Part shown: positions 55,095 to 64,000 of the stretch, one piece after another
Position numbering within the stretch: the stretch's first letter is position 1
Layout: the number at the start of each line of letters is the position of its first letter
NCBI GenBank assembly: GCA_002269645.1
Contig: NIVC01000257.1
Coordinates: 1-64,000, forward strand
Direction: 5' to 3'
DNA: 64,000 nt
DNA from: Macrostomum lignano
Taxonomy: Eukaryota
Notes under the pieces: model-generated
Database searches by the model: none
What the model was told of the DNA's origin: nothing
What the model saw: the letters and a program-made list of their open reading frames with translations, nothing else
Position numbers and translations under genes: made by a program

Positions 55095-56870
55095 AGATTT
55101 AGCGCCACATTATCAGAGATTTAGCGCCACATTATCAGAGATTTAGCGCCACACTATTAGAGATTTAGCGCCACACTATTAGAGATTTAGCGCCACACTA
55201 TCAGAGATTTAGCGCCACACAATCAGAGATTCAGCGCCACACAATCAGAGATTTAGCGCCACACTATCAGAAATTTAGCGCCACACTAACAGAGATTTAG
55301 CGCCACACTATCAGAAATTTAGTGCCACACTATCAGAGATTTAGCGCCACACTAACAGAGATTTAGCGCCACACAATTAGAGATTTAGCGCCACATTATC
55401 AGAGATTTAGCGCCAAACTATCAGAGATTTAGCGCCACATTATCAGAGATTTAGCGCGACACAATTAGAGATTTAGCGCCACATTATCAGAGATTTAGCG
55501 CCACACTATCAGAGATTCAGCGCCACATTATCAGAGATTTAGCGCCACACTATCAGAGATTTAGCGCCACACAATCAGAGATTTAGCGCCACACAATCAG
55601 AGATTTAGCGCCACACAATTAGAAATTTAGCGCCACATTATCAGAGATTTAGCACCACACTATCAGAGATTTAGCGCCACACAATCAGAGATTCAGCGCC
55701 ATACTAACAGAGATTTAGCGCCACACAATCAGAGATTTAGCGCCACACAATCAGAGATTCTGCGCCAAACTATCAGAGATTTAGCGCCATTCTATCAGAA
55801 ATTTAGCGCCACACTATCAGAAATTTAGCGCCACACTATCAGAAATTTAGCGCCACACTAACAGAAATTTAGCGCCACACTATCAGAAATTTAGCGCCAC
55901 ACTATCAAAGATTTAGCGCCACAGAATCAGAGATTTAGCGCCACACAATCAGAGATTCTGCGCCACACTATCAGAGATTTAGCGCCACACTATCAGAGAT
56001 TTAGCGCCACACAATCAGAGATTCAGCGCCAAACTATCAGAGATTTAGCGCCACACTATCAGAGATTCAGCGACACACTATCAGAGATTTAGCGCCACAC
56101 TATCAGAGATTCAGCGACACACTATCAGAGATTTAGTGCCATACTATAAGAGATTTAGCGCCACACTATCAGAGATTTAGCGCCACACAATCAGAGATTC
56201 AGCGCCATACTATCAGAGATTTAGCGCCATACTATCAGAGATTCAGCGCCATACTATCAGAGATTTAGCGCCATACTATCAGAGATTTAGCGCCACACTA
56301 TCAGAGATTTAGCGCCACACTATCAGAGATTCAGCGCCAAACTATCAGAGATTTAGCGCCACACTATCAGAGATTCAGCGACACACTATCAGAGATTTAG
56401 CGCCACACTATCAGAGATTCAGCGACACACTATCAGAGATTTAGTGCCATACTATAAGAGATTTAGCGCCACACTATCAGAGATTTAGCGCCACACAATC
56501 AGAGATTCAGCGCCATACTATCAGAGATTTAGCGCCACAGAATCAGAGATTTAGCGCCACACAATCAGAGATTCTGCGCCACACTATCAGAGATTTAGCG
56601 CCACACTATCAGAAATTTAGCGCCACACTAACAGAGATTTAGCGCCATACTATCAGAGATTTAGCGCCACACTATCAGAGATTTAGCGCCATACTATCAG
56701 AGATTCAGCGCCATACTATCAGAGATTTAGCGCCATACTATCAGAGATTTAGCGCCACACTATCAGAGATTTAGCGCCATACTATCAGAGATTCAGCGCC
56801 ATACTATCAGAGATTTAGCGCCACACTATCAGAGATTCAGCGCCATACTATCAGAGATTTAGCGCCACAC
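55095..56870. repeat. 22-bp minisatellite (AGAGATTTAGCGCCACACTATC)
   Basis: About 80 copies; about 308-bp higher-order duplication near 56040/56350. Confidence 0.97.
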
Positions 56871-57469
56871 AATAAAAAATACACACCCCTCTGAGCTAGA
56901 TATTTCTATCATTCAGTTTATTCATTCAGCTGAAGCTCAACCTGAGAATTGATAAAAACTCTTTTAATGGCCCAGTGATATCGGGGAGGATAATCCCTTG
57001 TGAGGATTTGGGATTAGACGGCATACTCCGCCTTCTGGCTTCTTATTGAAGAGATATTGACAGTTAAATCTGTTTAATTATACAACATAATATGTGGTTA
57101 ATCCTTAGTGTTATAAAGTATAGTTAAACACTACAGATTAAGGATTAAAGTTTTAGACTCAGGCATTGAGTTTTTAAATATGGCAGAACGAGAAGAAGCT
57201 TTGAATGCATTTCTTCTGCCTGGCAATTTCAATTTTATAGATAAGAAAGAGTCTGTATTGATTGGCGCGGCTTCATCTGGATTAGGAAACTGGATAACTT
57301 TTCAAACTCGCATTGCCGTTTGAAGATCTTGAGCTTGAAGAAATTTTCCAGCTGACCGCTAGCGTCTGGCTTCTTCTTAACTCAGCTCAGTGACCTGTCA
57401 TTAGAAGTCCGCCATTTTGTCATGTGCCAGACGGGTTTATCTTACTTTAAAGATTTTATAAAGGATAAA

Positions 57470-58995
57470 GACACGTGTCTATTGGGTCCACTTCCACAAA
57501 GACACATGTCTTTTGGTTACACTTCCGCAAAGACACATGTCTATTGGTTCCACTTCCGCAAAGACACGTGTCTATTGGTTACACTTCCACAGAGACACAT
57601 GTCTATTGGTTACACTTCCACAAAGACACATGTCTATTGGTTACACTTCCACAAAGACACATGTCTGTTGGTTACACTTCCACAAAAACACATGTCTATT
57701 GGTTACACTTCCACAAAAACACATGTCTATTGGTTACACTTCCACAGAGACACATGTCTATTGGTTACACTTCCACAAAGACACATGTCTATTGGTTACA
57801 CTTCCACAAAGACACATGTCTGTTGGTTACACTTCCACAAAAACACATGTCTATTGGTTACACTTCCACAAAAACACATGTCTATTGGTTACACTTCCAC
57901 AGAGACACATGTCTATTGGTTACACTTCCACAAAGACACATGTCTATTGGTTACACTTCCACAAAGACACATGTCTGTTGGTTACACTTCCACAAAAACA
58001 CATGTCTATTGGTTACACTTCCACAAAAACACATGTCTATTGGTTACACTTCCACAGAGACACATGTCTATTGGTTACACTTCCACAAAGACACATGTCT
58101 ATTGGTTACACTTCCACAAAGACACATGTCTGTTGGTTACACTTCCACAAAAACACATGTCTATTGGTTACACTTCCACAAAGACACGTGTCTTTTGGTT
58201 ACACTTCCACAGAGACACGTGTCTTTTGGTTACACTTCCACAAAGACACGTGTCTTTTGGTTACACTTCCACAGAGACACATGTCTGTTGGTTCCACTTC
58301 CACAAAGACACATGTCTATTGGGTCCACTTCCACAAAGACACATGTCTATTGGTTACACTTCCACAGAGACACGTGTCTGTTGGTTCCACTTCCACAAAG
58401 ACACATGTCTTTTGGTTACACTTCCACAAAGACACGTGTCTTTTGGTTACACTTCCACAGAGACACATGTCTGTTGGTTCCACTTCCACAAAGACACATG
58501 TCTATTGGGTCCACTTCCACAAAGACACATGTCTATTGGTTACACTTCCACAAAGACACGTGTCTATTGGTTACACTTCCACAGAGACACATGTCTATTG
58601 GGTCCACTTCCACAGAGACACATGTCTATTGGATTCACTTCCACAAAGACACATGTCTATTGGTTACACTTCTACAAAGACACATGTCTATTCGTTACAC
58701 TTCCACAAAGACACATGTCTATTGGATTCACTTCAGCAAAGACACATGTCTATTGGATGCACTTCAGCAAAGACACATGTCTATTGGATTCACTTCAGCA
58801 AAGACACATGTCTATTGGATTCACTTCAGCAAAGACAAATGTCTATTGGTTACACTTCTACAAAGACACATGTCTATTGGTTACACTTCCGCAAAGACAC
58901 ATGTCTATTGGTTACACTTCCACAAAGACACATGTCTATTGGATTCACTTCAGCAAAGACACATGTCTATTGGTTCCACTTCCACAAAGACACGT
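57470..58995. repeat. 31-bp minisatellite (GACACATGTCTATTGGTTACACTTCCACAAA)
   Basis: About 49 copies. Confidence 0.97.
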
Positions 58996-59904
58996 GGCAT
59001 TAGTACACGAACACAATTCTCTCCCAGACATCTAGCACAAAACACAAATGTCTTAGAAGCATTTCTATGAGAACTTGCGTTCATTAGTCACATTTCCGCA
59101 AAGACGCGCGTCCTTCAAAAGCATTTCTTCCAATCAAGTTCAGTCCCATGGAGTCACGTGTCCCCAGAGGACGCAGGACTGACCAAAACTGAGAGGACTT
59201 TAAACTAAAGTCAGTGAGCGATTTTTCTAATAACTCTCCAGAGATGAGCGGTCACAATTGGTCTCGAGCAGTCGATAACCCAGAGGGGACATCTCGAATT
59301 CCTCTGCCAAAGAAATCAATGTCTCTGTCAACAGTCAAGTCCATCGACATTGGAATTTCGTGCCCTCGATGCTTGCTCCCGAACTCGATGTTCAGCTGCT
59401 AACATGGCTCCTTCTAGAAGCAATTAGCTGTCCAACTTTCTCAAAGCCCAAAAAATTCCGAGCATTCCGTCCGTCTGGGGGGGGGACAAGGAGAGCAGAA
59501 AAGCCGTCCAAACTTCATTCAATCTCTTTCGCTCTTTGTTCTCAAATCTTCAATCACGGGCGGCGCTGAGAGGCTGCGAGGAGCTGATTAATTCTTTTCG
59601 AATCCTTCATCCCAGCCAGCAGATGCAGCTCGGCCAGGCAAGGGAGCAAGCAGAAAAAGAAAATGGAGTGGGCGGAGATCCCAGCAGTGTGTTGACCTCC
59701 GGGACCCGACAGGCTGGCCCTCCTAATTGTATTACAGAAGTCTGCGATGCCGACTCCAGGAAACTGACGATGATGAGGAGCGAAAATGGGAGGCTGGCGT
59801 TGGGGACAACGCCGGAGGTAATGGCGGGCTCTGATTCCCGCTGGACAAAAATATAATGTCCATGAACTGTCGGGTCAGATGGCGGCTCATCCTATTCACT
59901 TGGG

Positions 59905-60255
59905 ATGGCTAATCTAGCCAGTGTGGATTTAGGATTAGGAGTGGATTGCTAATCTAGCCAATGTGGATTAAGGATTAGGAGTGGATTGCTAATCTAGCCA
60001 ATGTGGATTTAGGATTAGGAGTGGAATGCTAATCTAGCCAATGTGGATTTAGGATTAGGATTGGATTGCTAATCTAGCCAATGTGGATTTAGGATTAGGA
60101 GTGGATTGCTAATCTAGCTCATATCGATTTAGGATTAGGAGTGGATTGCTAATCTAGCCAATGTGGATTAAGGATTAGGAGTGGATTGCTAATCTAGCCA
60201 ATGTGGATTTAGGATTAGGAGTGGATTGCTAATCTAGCCAATATAGTTAAGGATT
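59905..60255. repeat. 40-bp minisatellite (GCTAATCTAGCCAATGTGGATTTAGGATTAGGAGTGGATT)
   Basis: About 9 copies. Confidence 0.95.
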
Positions 60256-61450
60256 AGAGTCGCAATTTAAAAATCGCTCTCCAAAATTTCTTAGAAATGG
60301 AGTCGAAATCTTGCAAAGCAAGCCGCCAGCCCAGCAAGGCAGTTTCTGAGCAGAAAAAGCTACAAATCCTCCCAGCAATCTCGAGCCAGAGTTGCTATCT
60401 GGACTATCGCAACCCGGCCGCCATTCTCTTCTCCTCCTCTCGAATCGTAATAAAAAGTCGCGAGTGGGCCTGACAACAGTGCGGGGGCCCTGGGCGAGTT
60501 TGTTTGCCATCCAGATGAAGGAATCTGAGCGCTGCAATTTCGTCTTCCTGCTTCTAAGAAGATGAGCAGCAGCAGCAGAGGAAGGGGAGATTCGGGGCAC
60601 TAGAGGGGAAGAGGGGGAATGAGGAAAATAAGGGCAGTGCCAGATTGCCGGCAGCCGGCACTCCCACCTCCGCGGCGCTTTTGTTGACAAGAAACTCTCT
60701 CTCTCTCTCTCTTTGGCAGCTGCGGGCTGATTGCTGCTGGCGGGCGGGCGAGTTCGAGTGGACGGTGCAGAGGAAGGCCGCCATTAGGACTCGGACCGGG
60801 GTCCAGGAGAGATGAAGAATGGGAAGGATGTGAGATGCTGGCGGAAGCTGGCCCGGGGGGGGTTGAGTTCCAACTCTTATAGCAGATAGGAGGGTGAAAA
60901 AGAAATCTGTGTTTGCTTCCTCAAACAGGCTTTCTATCCTTCCCTATCCTTGCTTGTCCGTCGAGTTTCTCCCAGATTTGCCACTCCTGCTCCCAAGTCA
61001 TCCAAAGACTTTCCTAACCGCCAGTTCACCGCCGAGGGAGGGAGGCGCTGGAACTGAGAATGAAAGCGAAGCGTGAGCGAGAGAGTGAATATTGTAATAT
61101 TGGTAGCCAAACTGGAGTACAGTAAGTAGTTCGCAGGTTTCAAAGAGCAAGTTTTTCAAGAGTTCGCTCTGGGAGAGGCAGAGAGGGGTAGGGAGGGAGG
61201 CAGGGGGGTGGCAGCGACTGGTCTGTCACGCTTGCCGTGTTTCTGTAATTAAGTGCCGGCGCACTTTTACAATCCTGCTGCTGAGCCGGTTGCTAATGCT
61301 GCTATGCTCATAGGGATTATGGGTAATGGAAACTTCAGACTTGTAGGATAATAAATTTCTGCACCAATCTAGCCTACATGTACATGGATGAAGCCACTTA
61401 GAAATAACTCAATCAATCGGCACTATATCAAAAGTTACATTCCGAAACCG

Positions 61451-61477
61451 TGACCCGCCGATGACCTTAAATGACCT
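61451..61477 (-). promoter_or_regulatory. Nuclear-receptor response-element-like cluster: perfect DR4 (AGGTCAtttaAGGTCA) plus a third half-site (DR5)
   Basis: Plus strand TGACCC-gccga-TGACCT-taaa-TGACCT. Motif match only. Confidence 0.35.
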
Positions 61478-61613
61478 CGGGCTTCTTCTCCGACTTGGTT
61501 GCTCGACCGTGATTGCAGGCGACTCGCTAATTGCAATTAGACTCGTTTCGAAGATTGAGTACCAGAAATTCGATATGAGTCTATTATCTCAGTACTAGAA
61601 TATGCTCGAGTGC

Positions 61614-61922
<309 letters not shown>

Positions 61923-62509
61923 CCTCTTGATATCTGTCTAGTATCTGCCTCTCTAACCCGCCCAGCAACAACTTTCCAGCTGAATATAGCTGAGAATGCC
62001 GCTCTGGAGTCCCGGAGCCCCGGGGCAGTGGCCGCAGCCGCTGATCAGGTGTCGGAAGCGGCAGCGGAGGCCCGGACTCAGGCCGCTAATGCAATCGGGC
62101 GGCCGGGCGCTTCCTCATTAGCTGCCAGGCCCGGGGATAACCGCGTTATCCGCATTATTCACGCTGTCCCGAGCTGGCCTGGCCGGCTTCCCGCTTTCCC
62201 GCGCCGCAAACTGAGAGCGGACTTCCAGCCCGGCAAGATGGCAGCTATAAAATGAATCCGAGCGACTCCCCCGGTGCGCAGCCCGAAGGCGGTCGCGCGA
62301 ACGGTGAAGAGGAAGCGACTCGGGGGGAAGCCATGCTAGAAGAAGAAGACTATCTGGAACAGGCATTAGTGGGCCTGTAGCGTCCTGGGGGCTGTCTTGA
62401 GAGCTGATTTTTGCACGGAACAGGACCTTCTTTATTTAGTATCGAAGACTCACTGGGGGCTGCGTTTCAGAACGTGATTTTGTACTTTATGGAGTGAAGC
62501 AACAGCGCT

Positions 62510-62858
62510 GCTCACACAAAAACAGCAGCGCCTCACAAAACAACAGCAGCGCCTCACACAACAACAGCAGCGCCTGACGCAACAACAGCAGCGTCTCACA
62601 AAACAACAGCAGCGTCTCACAAAACAACAGCAGCGCCTCACACAACAACAGCAGCGTCTCACACAACAACAGCAGCGTCTCACACAACAACAGCAGCGTT
62701 TCACACAACAACAGCAGCGTCTCACACAACAACAGCAGCGCCTCACACAACAACAGCAGCGCCTCACACAACAACAGCAGCGCCTCACACAACAACAGCA
62801 GCGCCTCACACAACAACAGCAACGCCTCACACAACAACAGCAGCGCCTCACACAACAA
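62510..62858. repeat. 21-bp minisatellite (CACAACAACAGCAGCGCCTCA)
   Basis: About 16 copies. Confidence 0.95.
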
Positions 62859-63689
62859 TTTGCAATGCACTGCCTTATAGCCTTCATGATTGCAGTGATA
62901 CGCAAAAGCGACGCAACATGCAGTTTCTGGCGGGACCATCCGAAAGATGACATTCTCTTTCCCAACAAGCCGTTATCCAGTGGCCAGCAAATGAAAAGCT
63001 TTGGTTATCCAGAGGATGCAGATTCTTCAAAGAGGCAATCGGGACTTCCACTTGTCCTGCAGGCCGAAGCGACTGGCCATTTGTAAACCGCCTTGGGTAG
63101 TGGAAGATGAGCCTTATCTAGTGCGCAGGGGCCATTCTGTTTCTTCTACAGCAGCAGCAATACATTCACTGTCCAGTGCAACTTCCTCCCTGCAATCCCA
63201 TTCATGCAGGGATAACTATCTCCCGCAAGTTGGGGATTTATACCTTTGTCCAGGCTGTGGAAGGCTGTGTGTTTAAAAATTCTGCCAATTTTCCTCTGTC
63301 TGTCTGTCTGTTGTGTGTCTTTTTTTCTGCCGCGATTGCCCGCCCGGCCGCGGCTGGAGGTCAGCGCGGTTTTTGAGTGACACGACGGCCTTTTTTCTTC
63401 TTCTCTTTAGTTCGAAACGGTCCGGTTTTAAATTATCGTTTCCGCAACAATTCCTATCGCACCTCTCGCTCTCTCGCCGTTCGTCTGGTCGTTATGTTGT
63501 TGGGCGAGGTGTTGCGTCAGAGCCTGCTAAACCTTGGAATTGCTGGGACTGCGGGTTTCTCTCCCCGTTTTTCCATTAACTTCTGACTTCTGTGCGGCGA
63601 GCTGATTGGGAATGCAACAGTTCTAGTCTTGTTGATAGACGAAATTTTTAGATTTGGCAATCTTTGGCACAGAGCTAGGTCTATGCATT

Positions 63690-64000
63690 GATTGATTGTC
63701 TGATAGATCAGATATAGATATGGAGTGATTGTCTGATAGATCAGATATAGATATGGAGTGATTGTCTGATAGATCAGATATAGATATGGAGTGATTGTCT
63801 GATAGATCAGATATAGATATGGAGTGATTGTCTGATAGATCAGATATAGATATGGAGTGATTGTCTGATAGATCAGATATAGATATGGAGTGATTGTCTG
63901 ATAGATCAGATATAGATATGGAATGATTGTCTGATAGATCAGATATAGATGTGGAGTGATTGTCTGATAGATCAGATATAGATATGGAGTGATTGTCTGA
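63690..64000. repeat. 33-bp minisatellite (GATTGTCTGATAGATCAGATATAGATATGGAGT), runs off the window end
   Basis: At least 9 copies. Confidence 0.96.

Noticed and set aside
62135-62151. GGATAAC-CGC-GTTATCC 7-bp inverted repeat
   Set aside because: Expected by chance several times in 64 kb.
62450-62968. Cys-rich (VRRCCCC)n ORF resembling metallothionein/keratin-associated proteins
   Set aside because: Start is TTG; product of a 21-bp array that is open in several frames.

Overview
Eukaryotic genomic DNA. GC-rich exons, AT-rich spacers and introns packed with about 45 different mini/microsatellite arrays resemble the free-living flatworm Macrostomum (inference from style only). Six spliced protein-coding genes can be built by hand from GT-AG junctions with matching phases: a Gab/DOS-type PH-domain adaptor (-), a two-domain Ly6/three-finger-like, probably GPI-anchored protein (+), a co-oriented minus-strand cluster of centrin, NUDT17, a UCP-like mitochondrial carrier and DUSP11/PIR1-like RNA 5'-phosphatase, plus a PPP1R3-like glycogen-targeting PP1 subunit (-) (seven genes in total, two of which need -1 frame corrections). 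Most long ORFs in the supplied track are artefacts of stop-free tandem repeats. The 43-64 kb part has no recognisable CDS. Also present: a MULE/foldback-type MITE with a perfect 9-bp TSD and further foldback elements. Best leads: (1) about 30 RFX X-box-like motifs (about 13 perfect) in the DUSP11 last exon and intron, nine of them also encoding a His-rich peptide repeat; (2) minisatellites whose units are splice signals (5'ss, 3'ss, AG|GT ratchet motifs); (3) a candidate trans-spliced operon in which the UCP exon has no ATG of its own; (4) a prion-like His-rich tail on DUSP11. All coordinates were read by eye; array edges are approximate (+/- about 20 nt).
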